Shown here: piece by piece, positions 38,454 through 51,580 of the stretch | Layout: the number at the start of each line of letters is the position of its first letter | Numbering within the stretch: the stretch's first letter is position 1 | The notes under the pieces: model-generated | Told to the model about the DNA's origin: nothing | Seen by the model: only the letters and a program-made list of their open reading frames with translations | Databases searched by the model: none | Assembly (NCBI GenBank): GCA_965112155.1 | Contig: OZ218103.1 | DNA: 64,000 nucleotides | DNA from: Podarcis liolepis | Lineage: Eukaryota | Direction: 5' to 3' (one strand) | Position numbers and translations under genes: made by a program

Positions 38454-41400
38454 TCAGATTGGAACAAAGCCAGTCCTTGATCTCAGCACACACACACAGG
38501 CACACAACCAATCCAGTAGCTACTGCTGCATTGTGGGCTTTTAACTTCTTTGTGACATGAAGGTTGCACCTGAGAAGCATCATACAGGTGGAGACCTGCC
38601 TGCTCACCTCACTACCACTGCATGACTCCCTTGACCGAGGCAGCTGTGCCTGTTTCCCCGAGGGTGACAAGTCTCCCTTTCTCGTCAGCGCATCCTCTTG
38701 CTGTTGCCATAGTTACCAGTGCTGGGTGTCCTTTATCCCATGGAACTCTCCATAATGAGGAGCATAATGAAAGGAGCATTTCAAAGGAAAGGGCAGCATC
38801 AACAGTCAGCTCACTCTGTCCCCATGGAGTGAACAGAGTTGAGAATCCTACACTGGGGCAGGGTGGTGGTGGAATCCTGCCTCCCAGACTTGATTTATGT
38901 TTACAGAGGAACAGCTGTGCCACCATTCCACATCCTCAAAGGCTATTCTTGCTCCTAACTTTTCCCCTAACATTTTTTTTTTACACTGTTCCCTTACTAT
39001 TGGATCAGAAACTTATTCCTGCACCCAGGAGGTACCAGCATAACTCATAAAGCTGCAACATCTATCTTTCCTGAAGCCATCACGAAGGCCACATTAACAC
39101 CATGCATTTAAAGCACCTTGTAGCCCCTTTAAACAGTCACAGCTTCCCCCAAAGAAGCCTGGGAGTTGTAGTTCATTAATGCTGCTGGGAATTGTCACTC
39201 TGAGAGAGACTCTTAATGACAGAAGATGCTGTTCCCCCTAGTTCTTATGTGTGTTTCCCCATTTCAGTTGTGTCCTGGTGCTACTTTACAACTAAAATGT
39301 GCTTCTGGACTCTGACTCAAGAAGCTTTCTTGAGCTTCATGTCTCTGTTGCCCAACAGCGAGCGGAAGGGGCTGCATGGGGCACATTTCTGTCCAGATTC
39401 TTTGCCGGGGCAATTCCATGAGAATATAAAGCTTCCTTATACAGAGTCAGGCCATTGGCTCATCTAGCTCAGAGGAACCTACTGACTGCACCATTATGCA
39501 ATGTGCTACTGCCTTATCAGGGTGTCTTATCGGGTCTTATCAGGGCGTGGCCCCATTTATCTGTGCGACACCATTGCCAGGTGCTGTAGTAGGGAGTCAA
39601 ATGTGTCCTCAGGCTTCCAGTAAGAACAGACACCGTTGCTTACTAATAGAACATAACTGCTTATTTTAATATAAAATACAACTGAGGCCTACAGCCTCTA
39701 ACAACAATCAGGCATCTTATCAAATACACAAATAACAACCAGGGGGTTCTTTTCCCTAATCTCCCTCCAGAAGGCAGATGGACCCACCTGCAATTAGTGA
39801 CTCTTCATTCTCCCGGTGCTGTTGCATGCACTTGGCTACACCCAGTTTAGGCCATGAAATATTATTCTGTTGGGAGGAGGGTTAATTTGATGCAGCACCA
39901 TGACTAGTGTAGGGCTAGATGGAAGGAAGGGGTTGTGCTTGTTGTTGCAACTTTATTAGTTATGCTGACATTGCATTGCTGGCTGCATGTAGGATCCTGC
40001 CTACCTTGTATCCTCTCAGCTGCATAGGTATGGTGACTATCTTGCAGGGGTCATAAGACCAGGGAGCAAATATTTAATTTTCAAGTGCATATGAGCCAAA
40101 ACTAATATCCTCCAGGAACTGATTTATTGGCACAAGTAAGAGGATTAGCAAAAGGATGAAAAGGGATGTGTCTCCTGGCAGGAGGTTAACTAGAAGTACC
40201 TAACCCATCAAAGAGGTGTTTCTGAATTATACAGGTCGTTTATAGGCAGATGGGCAATTCCTCTATTTAGGAATAACTGTTTGGCATTTGGCAAATGTAG
40301 AGGTCAGCAGGGAACAAATCCCTCACCTAGGAAGAGAGTGGGGACGATTTGAGTTCAGATACCCTAATGCAGGCTTGTTGTCAGTTGTCAGCTTTCAAAC
40401 TAAATCTGACTGTCATTTTGCTTGCAGCAAACGTAACAAGCCATAATTCTATACAGTATATGATTCAGGCACACAACAAGGTTTACATGAGATCTCCTCC
40501 TGGTTTTCTTTAGCTTTCTGCAGTTCTGTGCTACTGTGGTGGGGGCAGGCCTTTACCTTCCTGTAAGATTTCATTAAAACCAACGTTCAGTTGGAGCCCC
40601 AAAGCAGGCAAAATACCATGCAACAATGCTTACCCTTTGCAAGTCTGAGCTTGAATAAAATAGCCAGGAAGAAATTACACCAAAAATACCACACTTCCTT
40701 CTTCCAAACTGAGGCACTTACTGCTTTTCCTTTGCTTCCTCTTTATGAATTAATCTGACTGCAGTTGGCTGTGTAAACAGTGCTCGGCGGAGGCCAGAGA
40801 CTGTGAGGTAGCAACTCCAGCCAAGACACTGGAGATGATATGCTGAATCAATCTAGAATAACAGAAAATGTACATTGTGGGCTGGCAGCACAGCGATGCA
40901 GTCCCAGAACTGGCCTCATTCTGAAAGGCTATTTTTTATCCCTTACAGTCTCGTTATGGAAATGGATCCCACCCTAGCATGAATAATTCACAAAGCCATC
41001 AATCTCCGTGTCCAAATATCAATGTTACAAGGGGAGTCAAAGAGCACTTAGGACTAAAAGCTTCACTAAAAGGCACGTCCAGGCAGGTGGGGGGTGGGGT
41101 GAGGGAAGGAGAATAAGGGTTTGCCCAGCACTGCAGGGAAAGGAAACTGGCAGCACCTGGGGTTGCCAGATCAACCTTTCAGACATCAGAGGCTACTAAG
41201 AGCCAGAAAACATAGTAAAATTAAAAAATACAGAGAAGGAGGAATGAGGAAAAAGTGATTGGTGACACGTTAGAATCACAGGCGAGACAGATTTCCGAGG
41301 TTTCAGGCAGCCTCCCAGAGAAAGAAGTATTGGTACTGATTATAAACCCTGACATGATTCCAAGGAACAGCAATTTTCCCAGCAACTGTATCTTACCCAC

Positions 41401-41953
41401 ATTATCTCATATAACAGAAATTAGTGTGGTGCTGAGAAACTGGATATCAGCAACCGCTGGGGGAGTGAGAAGCCCACATCAAGGCAGAAAGTAACACTCA
41501 GGAAATCAGGGAAGCCAAGTCGGCTAGCATTGCGTAGCCTAAGTCATCCATCTCCATCTGAGCCTCTGCCCCAGCCTCGAGTGCCACAGTGCACAGTGCT
41601 GATTGCTGAAAGGCACAAGCTGGCCCTGCCTGCCCAGATGCATTCTCACCCCGGCATTGCCCCAGCTCAACCTCAGCAAAGCACCAGGTGATGGAGCTAC
41701 TGATACAGCTTTTTCCGGACAGAGGCTCCCGTGCCACAGGGAGTGAATTAATTTGCTTCGTGTATCAGTTACTTTACTAACTAGATCTCAGCTATTTAAA
41801 CCTCAGCCAGTCCACCCCGCTCCCCAGGGGAACGCCCCTGGCAACAATGCTACACTCCATTGTAAGTGGGGGTAAAGAAATACTCACTCGGGGGCTTTGA
41901 CCCAGGCCAGGGGGTGATGGACCCATCTGGAATTACCAGATGCTATCTCTTAG

Positions 41954-42017
41954 ACACACACACACACGGACACACGGACACACACACACACACGGACACA
42001 CACACACACACACACAC
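41954..42017. repeat. Compound (CA)n / CACGGA microsatellite
   Basis: CA runs interrupted by CGGA three times. Confidence 0.9.
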
Positions 42018-42097
42018 GGCTGAGAAACCTCCTCTTCACTAGCTTTCCCAGGAAACGGCACAGCCAGCAAGGTGGAAGCATAGTGTCCAGGCAGACT

Positions 42098-42117
42098 TTC
42101 TCACCAGGGGGCACCGC
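42098..42117 (+). promoter_or_regulatory. Candidate CTCF binding motif
   Basis: TCACCAGGGGGCACC versus the core consensus CCACCAGGGGGCGC. Confidence 0.5.
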
Positions 42118-44455
42118 AGAGTCACACATACTGTCGAGGAATGCTTGGCAATTCAGGATGCCCTGTGAATAGTGGAACAGGAGGGTGCCCCAGCCCAGAG
42201 CATCTCTGGGGTGAGATATTATAATAGGCTGGGAATTCCAGTGACAATCAACTTTATGTTTAGCTCACTGGGGTGCTTGTGGGTGGGCAAGGAGTGGTTT
42301 GTAAAAAACAACAACACATGAGGAGTTCCTATGCTTCCAGCTAACTTCTGAGGATTCCGATCCTGCAACACACACTTGCACCAGGGCACAGAACTGCAGT
42401 AAAGGGTGTGGGCTGGATGTAGGCTATGCTGAGCAGATATGGACTACTCTTGCTGTCTCTGTAATTAGTTCTTATGTAGATGCACCCAGTGTAAATACTG
42501 AACAAGAGGTTACCAGAAGCTGAAAACACCTGCGCAAGTGAGTAGTGCATGTGAAGAAAAGAGATGGAAAATCCAAAAGAGAGAGCAGCACACCCACAGA
42601 ATCGCCTGCAAGGCAGTCAAGAGGTGGTGTTGCTACCCTGCATTTTGTCCACTTACCTTTTCCTCCCCTCCTCCATACCAAGAAGGCATTGACTGGGGCT
42701 ACAGTACTGACAAAGGGAATCATGGTCCTGGCCAAGAGTTGAGAATCTCTGAGGGGAAACCCTTCCCCATTCCTCCACAGTTAGCACGGTACCTATAGAA
42801 ACACGCCATGAAGCTGGGAGCTCAGGTTTATGAAAGCACTCAAACCAGAAAAACCAGCTGGGGGACTGGTCTGTTTTTGCCTGCATTACACACAGACACA
42901 CAGTTTTGAGTTCAAGGGGAAAGTGGGCGGGGAGTGGCTCTTTCATTACCAGGCAGATAGTGTGATCATATGTAAGAGGCTGTGCCTGAACTAGCACAAA
43001 TCCTCGGGTTTTCACCTAACATTGGTTTCACCTGAGAACTGCACAGCAACATGTTTCAGTTAAACACTACAAGGGTACCACTGCAAAACCTGGGTACATG
43101 ATTTGCACCACAGATCGGCACAGCAATGATTCTCCCTGCTGTACCACCATCTGCACAATGTCAGGGGCTGTGCCAGTCAGAGCTGGATAATTCTGTGCTA
43201 CATCATTGCTGGGGATACATATGCATGGGAACCTCCTACAGTTCTAACTTGGCTAAGCCAGAAGCACGAGGAAAGGACCTAATTAGCCGGTATGAATCAT
43301 CACAGTGTTTCCCCATGCTGTCATTGTGGATTCCCTCGTGCAGACTGCTTGGGTCTTTGGTGGCTCTGCAGTCAGCATTGGCTGCAGTACAGACAAGAGA
43401 GGAAATTGTTTTGGTTTACCAGAGACCACTATAAGCTTCTATGTAGGCTGAAAGAGATTAGGTGCATTAAAGACGGCATCCAGTTTTTGTAAGGAGATGC
43501 GCCAATGTGCTTTGCCTGAAGAGCTAAAGAGTGTATTTAATTCTTGTTCCCACTTCCTGACACATCAGAACTGTGGAGAGAGCGAAAGATGTATTTGTAC
43601 CCAACCGTGCAGAAGTGCTCCTAGCGCTTTATGTGAATTGCATGATTGGTAAATGTATGTGGCACATGTGTCTGTACTAAGGCTGTGTACACTGAAAGAT
43701 TTATTGGAAGTGGATTTGTGTAAATGTTATGTAAATGATTTTTGTCTGTGCTGTGTATATACTTTGCCGTGCTAATTCTTCGGTTCAAATATAAATGTAG
43801 AATTTACTTATTTATAAACAGCATATTAATGTTCATGGCCATTTGCAGAGCAAAGTAAGGAATAAGCTCCTGTTCCAAGGAGCCTGGTCTTAATTGTCTG
43901 TGACGCTCAAAATAAGCTCAGATGCATTCGATTCATCTAATTCAGATGGTTCTGTAACAGCAAGCAAACTGAGCAGGAGGATCTCTTCAAACACCTGCCA
44001 TGAGCCAGGGCAGTTTAAGGAAAAGGAGATGTCTATAGAACACTTTGCTGTGGCTGGTCTGAAATGCAAAAACTCTCACAGCAGATTCAAACAGATCCAC
44101 ACATTGTAATGCTCAAACATACGGTGTCAGATGGCTTTGAAGCAGAGGTTGCCTACATTTTTTGACCAGTGGGCACATTTGAACTATGAAAGAGTGCTGT
44201 GGATGCAAGTTGCAAAATGGCTCCCATGGTCAGCATGGCATGGCACAAAATTAGAGAGACCACAGTCATGTTGAAGTTTCCCCCATAATGTATTTCCATG
44301 CTAGAATCCTGCAGAATGTCCACCTGCTAAACAGGAAGGAATAAGAGGTCTGTTCCCCCCCAAAAAACCCAAGCCTAGGCTGCCATCTAGGTTTGCCACT
44401 TACCGTAACTGGAAGTGAGCCCGGTTAAACAGAAACAGACTTGCCTCTGCATAGA

Positions 44456-44523
44456 CATAGAATCATACTGCTGGAAGGGAACCTGAGGGTCATCAAATCC
44501 AACCCCATGCTATGCAGGAATGC
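44456..44523 (-). mobile_element. CR1-type 3' tail fragment
   Basis: CATAGAATCATA...GGAAGGGAACCTGAGGGTCATCAAATCCAACCCC...GCAGGAAT. Confidence 0.65.
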
Positions 44524-46747
44524 ATTTGTTTCTGGGAAAATGGGATAGAAACATCAAACCAAACCAAAACCATCCTTTGCTGGTTATTTATTGTCCACTT
44601 GTTTACACACGAGTGTCCCAAAGTGACTTAAGAAGAATAGAAACAACAACAAGGAATGTGTTTGCCAGCTTCTGTCCTGACCAGACTCCCTCCCTTCCTT
44701 TCCCACCTTACATCTCCTGGGGAGGCATTGTACAAAGGACAGAGAGAGCAGCCTGGCTTCTGCTCATCAGCTACTTTGGCACCAAAGGGGTAGGGGTTTT
44801 TTTTGGGGGGGGTCACCTGAGGGTGGTCCAATCAGGTGCACAGGGAGGGCAGCTCCAAGTGCCCTTTCCCTCCCCCTAACTTCTCTCCCCCTCCTCAGAA
44901 AAGAGGTGGCAAGACATGGCAGCCTGCAATGTAAAGCTGGTTATTTTGCCAGGATATTATGTCATCAGTTCCCCTCTGCCTGTTTTATCACATCAGAAGA
45001 ATTAAGAAAGTGATTAAATATAACCAAGATGCAGACTTTCAGTCCTGGTGGGATGCTAAGCCTGGTGGAGAACCCTCTGTTTCCCCTCCTTTTAATTTAG
45101 AAGTCCCATCATGAAGACTGATGCAGGAAGTAATATGGGAGAGGACCTATCCACTACCATGAAAATGGAGGCACAATTTTGATAGAACAGCATCAGTTAC
45201 AGAATGAGGGCTGGCAGGATCACAGCAGGATTGGTTGCCAAAGTTGTTTACCTTACCTTTACTTTGTTGTTGTTGTTTTTTAAAAAATATTATTCAAGAA
45301 TCCTTTGTGCTTTTGAAAACTGCATGACAGACAGAGCAGTAACAGGTTTGTTAGCATGTATAACAAAACAGATGAGTGTGGCAAGCATCAAATCAAGTTT
45401 AGGTATAACATGCTGAGTTTTCTGGCAAAGGAGAAACTGGAGATGGGTAGAATTGTGGGGGAAATTGATAGTTTTTATAGCAGCTCGGGCCCACACAAAA
45501 CTGCACTGAGTGGCCTGCTGTGAAATGGTTAAACAGAGAAGAAGGAGATGAGCCTTGCCTGGCTCACATTACAGATCTCCATGCCTGTGTCCCCTTCCCA
45601 GCACGCCATCCTCCCACCTAGGGGCTTTGTTGTACACTGCTGGTGCAATCAGGGCCTGTGGGCTGGGTGCTCAATCTCTTCTCCATCAGGGTAATTAATG
45701 GGCTCCAGGGCTCACTCTCTGCTTCCGAGTTAATTGCTACATGCTGCAAACGCCAGGGAGACAGCAAGGAACATGGGCAACAAGCAATAGATTAAGCAGC
45801 ATTAAGCAGCAAATCACTAGTTCTCTGTGGCTGCTGTGCCCAGGGTCTGCTGCCCTACCAAGACCTCTTCCATGCACAGGACCCAACCCTTGTGGAACTT
45901 TGTGCCGTCTGAGCCCCTGCTTCACCCAGTATGTCACATTCAATAAAGTCCCCTTGGCACCTGCATAGCCAATGCAGTGTCTTCCTTGAATGTGGTGGCA
46001 CCATCTTTAGAGCAATGGGAGAAAGTATTCTGGGTCAAAATGTGGTGATCAGAGAGCCATCGCAGGGATGAATCAGAAGAGTTTTCCCTTTCCTCACCCC
46101 TGTCTGGAAATAGGACGGTTTGCTGCTTCTAGCAGAGTGGTGGATTCTAGGCAGGAACAGCAAATCCAAAGTTGAGCCAAACATTCTTCAGCAATGCTAG
46201 CAGGGATGAGTCTTTGCAGTGCCTTCAAATGATTTTGCAGGCCAAATTACATGACAGCCCATTCCGTCTTAAGACACAGGTCACTTTTCAACACTCAGGG
46301 GCGGTCTGAGGCATTTCGGCACCTGAGAAGAAATGCACTGCTGCTGCCCCTGTGGTGTGTGGGGGACAAACTCCAATCTTCCTTGCAGAGTCTGCCCCAC
46401 TGGGCAGAGCAGGGGGTATATTTTTTGTATCCTCTTTCCTTGCTGGCAACAGAGCTGGGGGGTGGAATGCCTCCCCTCTTGAGGACTCAGCAGGAGAGGA
46501 GACATTCCACTGAGCTTTGCTGCTGGTTCCTCTCTGCCCCTAGAGGGGTGCAGGGGGTGGTGCTTCAGGCAGCAGCCTCATGCTGCCTCATTGGCCGTGC
46601 CAATATCAGACCTGAGCAAGCCGGCTTGATCTTCATAGAGGGCTGATACTTTCTGCATCCTTCCCAAGAAAGGAATTCCTCAAATTCCTTCTATGCAAGC
46701 TCTGCAACAATATGGGGTTCCTGATCCTACCCAGCACAGTATAAGTG

Positions 46748-47101
46748 CCGTATTTTTCGCTCTATTGGACGCAGTTTTCCCCCTCAAAAAATTGAGGGGA
46801 AATGTGCGTGCGTCCTATGGAGCGAATGCAGGCTTGTTCCATAGCCGCGCACAACCTCTCCGGCAGGGAGAGGCTGCACAAGGCTAAAGAGGAAGCCAAA
46901 GCAGCGAGCAGGATCCATCCCACTGGCTGCCTTGGCTTGTGCCATAGCCGTGCGTAACCCCTCTGTCAGGGAGAGGTTGTGCGCAGCCTGTATGCTGCTC
47001 TTTGGGGCTGGGGGGGGGGAAAGATTTTTTTTATTGATTTCCCCGTCTAAAAACTAGGTGCGCCCTATGGTCCGGTGCACCCTATGGTGTGAAAAATACG
47101 G
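46748..47101. mobile_element. Tc1/mariner (Tc2-like) MITE
   Basis: TIRs CCGTATTTTTC / GAAAAATACGG; flanks TG and TA (mutated TA TSD); CpG-rich interior. Confidence 0.82.
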
Positions 47102-49325
47102 TAAGTCATTACAGTGTAACAGAGCTCTTCCAGTATAGCAGGGGCTCTTCACTATGATGGGAAACAAAAGATGCCTGCAACCTACACAGAACAATGTTTG
47201 CCAACCCCCCAGCTATGCACTCGGTTGGCAGGCAGCCCTCAGGTTCCGAGCTGCTTGGTAAATCTTGTGCCAGCAAGCACCACTGTATGCCCTAATGGAT
47301 AGAATAAATGGAAAGCTGCCTGTCTGGGACGAATTGCAAATCACATTATGGGACCATGTCCAGATATCTAACATACTAATAGTTCCCCAGCTCAATTAGA
47401 CACTGACATACACACATGCCCCCAACAGTCCCCAAGCGAAGGCTTAAACAGTTGGAGTCTGCCGCTGGTTAATTTGCACAGCACCAGAACAGAAGGGTGG
47501 AGCCCCCAGCTGTGCAATCAAAGGGTAGGAGGGCTTTGGAATTATCAGACCACACCTCTGATCGCAAAAGGGACAAAAAGCATTGGCATGCAGTGTGTGC
47601 CCACCATTTGTGGCAAGAAGGACCAGGGTTATAGAAATAATTACTGTCATAGATATGAAAATTGTGAGGACCAGGAGTTGCTCTGTACGATCTGATGTAT
47701 GAAATTAATGTAGAACACTGTGAAATGGAATTTCCATAACACAAAGCCACATAACAACGTCTCACATCATCAAATTTCAGAGGGGCTCTCTGAAGCCAAA
47801 AAAATCACAGTGTGGAGAAGAATATTAACTAAAATGTAAATGTCATGGGGGAAACTAGCATTTGTAAATGCCCATAACAGAGATCATGTCCTCAAGTTAT
47901 GCTTACTGATCAGGATAGGCTCATACACCTAAAAAAAAGAATACATTGATATGGTGGCATAGTGAATTTATGCAGGGGAAATGTTAATGCTGCACTGGTG
48001 GTAGGCTGTGCCAGTGAGATCCTGATGCATGAGAGACAGCATCAGTGCAAGGGGTGAAATGGGTGGTGTAGGGGGCATAGTTGCAACATATAGTCCCTTG
48101 GGGTTTGCTCCTGCTGTCTGTGTCAGTGTTGCAACAAACCAATAAAGTAGTGTAAGTAAACATAACTGGAGAGCCCAAGACACCACACCCTGCAACTCTG
48201 CAATTACTAGACCCACATGGCACAAGTCTGCATCATTTTACTCCCATATTAATAGAAATGTGATCACATAAGTGGTTACTTGGGCATGGGAAAGTTTAGT
48301 AAAAAGAACCACTTAGCACAAAGGGAACATTTTACTCACACCACAAATGCCCACAGCTAGTAACAAAGTAGGAAATGCAGATGGAGACTTCTGTTCTCAG
48401 AAGCCTTGTAGAACTTCACAAACACCCACCGGGAGCTTTAGCTGGAACTTTAAGAACATACTGTACCATGTCACTCATACAAGCAGAGAATCAGAGACTC
48501 ACCTGGGAGGGGGAGCAGATTCCTCAGATATGACCCCTTAACATTATCCTCTGCCACCCCAAGCATCTGGTCATGCTTAATGCACTCCTGTACCCAGAAT
48601 CACAGACTGTCTCCCCATCCATCCACTAAAATATGGGGAAAATGTGTGCTGGCTTAATGCTCTGCTACTCAACAGCAGTGCCTCGCTTCCACAAAGAGGA
48701 CTTGGATAAGTGTGCACCTTGCATTAAAGGGTGGATTGCTGACAAACTCATAGCAATCTCTCACTAGGTACTGTGGGAGGCAGTTTTGGTGATGAACACT
48801 AAGCTTCCAAAGTCCACTCATTTGTGAGGTATTTTGTCAAGTATGGAGTATATAAATGTTGTTAAATAAAGACTAAATAAATTGTTATTGCTAGTCATAC
48901 TGTTCCATCTCATTCCCCCTTGTAGGGTGAGAGGAAGAACACATGGCAGCAGAACAGAGTTCTAATGCAACTCCATGCAGTGAGCATTGCCAGCGCATTG
49001 TCTCAATGGCAACATTTGCTCCCCAAGAGGTGACTTCCCAGGCATAGACAGCACAGGGGCAACCAGTTGAATGCATACCCATTGGAAAAGTGGGGAGCCT
49101 GACTGTGGAATGGCGAAGTGCTTAAATGAAAAGCATCCTTTTTCAATTACCCATGCAAACAGCACATAATCATAGGCAGCTTCTACCAATTGTACTTCAC
49201 TATCCCCATGTTCCTCTTATCTCTCTACAGGCAACTAGGCAGCATTCCAAGACTCACAGAGGCAAGATGCTGCTTCCCCCACCCTCTTTAATGCAGACTT
49301 CAAGCAAGGCTTACAGCAGCAACAA

Positions 49326-49366
49326 GAGGAGGAGGAGGAGGAGGAGGAGGAGGAGGAGGAGGAGGA
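49326..49366. repeat. (GGA)n microsatellite
   Basis: About 13 GGA units. Confidence 0.95.
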
Positions 49367-49649
49367 AGCAGGCTGAATAGGGCCAGTGCAAATCCAGCTG
49401 CTGCTAGTGTTGACAGTTTTTTATTCTTGCGGGACTCCCCTGTCTTTGAAAGGTGTATGACAGACAGAAAAGTCGCAGGTGTACTTTTACCCAGCATGGT
49501 GGTGTGCTGCTGGCAAGTAAAGCTATAGCTGTTACTCCTCTTTCTACCCTGAAGTTTTCAGAGGCACAGGAGCCTTACAAGAACACAAGTGCATCAGCCT
49601 CTATTCCTTTATGATCCTCCCTGCATTCCTTCTACCATTTATATCACCT

Positions 49650-49770
49650 TTGTCCCTCCAGATGTTGCTCACCTACAGCTCACATTATCCCTAGCCACTG
49701 GCTATGCTTGCTGGGGCTGATGGGAGTTGTAGTGCAGCAACATATGAAGGGCCATAGATTCTATTCCCCC
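49650..49770. mobile_element. hAT MITE, diverged
   Basis: CCCTCCAGATGTTGC...CTACAGCTC...GATGGGAGTTGTAGT...GAAGGGCC. Confidence 0.65.
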
Positions 49771-49989
49771 CCTGAATTTCTGTTCTCACAATAGTTAAGC
49801 AAATTCACCACCTTATTCTTCAGTTAGGTAAATTTAGAGTCTGGTTTCAATAGTCTTATGGGGGACTTCCTCTTTAGATAATAATTTGTATTACTGTTGT
49901 AAGCTAGTTCTGCTGCAGCTGGAGGCCCTCCTGCTCCTTCTGTTGAGTAGAGATCCTGGACTTCTGTTCCAAAGTCATAATAATACTCA

Positions 49990-50272
49990 CTCCCACAAGA
50001 CAGAGTGATGGACAACTTGGATGACTTTAAAAGTATATTGGACAATCTAATGGAGTTTAAGTCTATCAGTGGCAACTAGCCATGATTGCTATGTTGTAAC
50101 TCCACTGTTGGAAGCAATATATGCCTCTCCATAGCAGATGCTGTAAATCAAAAGCTGAGAGACTGCTGTTGTGCTCAGGTCTTCCTGTAGGCACCCAGAT
50201 AGCCACTGCTGGAACAGGATGCTGAACTAAATAGGTCTTTTCACCTGATCCAACAGGGTTCTTCTTATGATC
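49990..50272 (+). mobile_element. CR1 LINE 3' end
   Basis: GTGATGG...TTTAAAAG...GGACAATCTAATGGAG...GAACAGGATGCTG...CTGATCCAACAGGG...TTCTTATG. Confidence 0.75.
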
Positions 50273-51420
50273 TCAGCTGACACTGAAAGGAGACCTTGCC
50301 TTGATTGAGCCTTGGATCACAGCTCCTTCGTGTCTTTTTAACCTACCATGGGAGAGGGAAAATGTACCATGGTGGTTTCTAGTGATGGCAAAGCTCTTAC
50401 GTTCATGCTTGGAACTGCACTTGGAGAACTGAGCTCTTTTCTCAATTAGCTATTACTAACTTGCTCAGTTTATTCCCACCCTCTTGGTAAAACTTCAAAC
50501 TCCCGCCTATCCACCTGTTTGACTTCGCCCCTCCAACCTCTTTGCTCCCCACCCACCTGTTTACTTGGCTTGTTGCTCTGGCAGTCATAGGGTAGAGGAA
50601 GATTTCTCTCTCCTCTCCCCCTCTTTGGTGCTCTGCAAGCCAGGTATGCAAGTGGGTGGCAGAGAGGGAGGCTGTTTTCAACTTGGATTAAAATTGAGCC
50701 AGAGAAGTACTTTTGGGGTCATGGAGTTCACCTCACATTTGAGGTGAGCATTAGGAGCTGATGAAATCCACATTTCAAAAGCCAGGAAAAACAAAATTCA
50801 GCAACCTCACTGGCACCAACTTTGGTGGTCTTTCAGCTTTATTGCAGCACTTGCAGAGGACGACTTCCCAATAGGTTCATGTTAACCCTGCAGTCAGATT
50901 GTCACTGGGCAACAAGAACAACCATTGAGATTTAGTACCAATCAGAAGCAGCCCTGTGCCCAGACACAAACAGTCCTCCCCTATAGGACTTGCACTGCTG
51001 AGACTGCAATGGAATCAGACAAAGGCTACTCACTCAAACAGAGACTATTAAGAACACTGGAGAAATAAAAGGAAATAAAAGCTCTTGAGCACCTGTTTGG
51101 AGCGGGTGCTATCCAGGCCCTAATGAAGTTCTTATTTCTTTGCCAGCCACTTCAGGTGCAACCAGACATGCTGCATGAGATTAGGATCTCCCATGTTGTT
51201 GTTGTTTTTAATTAACAGCACCCATAGGGTGGAAAGGAATCTGATCAGGGAGGTGGCGCCAAGGGAGAAGGGGTGGTTTCCCTGGCTTTCCTCCCATTAA
51301 AATCCCTTACACTATTTGCCCCAAAGATACAGTAGCTGCATTTTCCTCTGAAGGAGAAAACTTTCATGCATCACATGGTTACCGGCAAGCTTTCAACCAC
51401 AGAACAAATCACAGCTTGGA

Positions 51421-51580
51421 TATGTGCTATGGCTCAGTGGCAGAGCTTTGCATGCAAAAGGTCTTAGGTTCCATCCCCAGCATCTCCAGGTATGTCCGGG
51501 AGGGACCCCATCTGAAACCCCCAAGTCAGCGTGCACAAAACCAAACTAGATGGCCCAAAGGTCAGACTCAGTAGAAGCTC
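51421..51580 (+). mobile_element. tRNA/CR1-tail SINE, diverged
   Basis: GGCTCAGTGGCAGAG...TGCATGCAAAAGGTC...CATCTCCAGGTA...CTAGATGG. Confidence 0.7.

Noticed and set aside
39585-39840. Possible small solo LTR (TGTAG...CTACA)
   Set aside because: Only 5-bp terminal repeats and no TSD; insufficient evidence.
41498-41737. Protein-looking minus-strand ORF (…AEAQMEMDDLGYAMLADLASLIS)
   Set aside because: No recognisable family, non-ATG start, and no convincing splice boundaries.
44398-44440. 5-nt minus-strand microexon (CTTCCAG|TTACG|GTAAGT)
   Set aside because: Frame-disrupting length and it lies among repeat remnants; cannot be supported without reads.
49126-49497. Poly-Arg and poly-Pro ORFs
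   Set aside because: Translations of the (GGA)n microsatellite.
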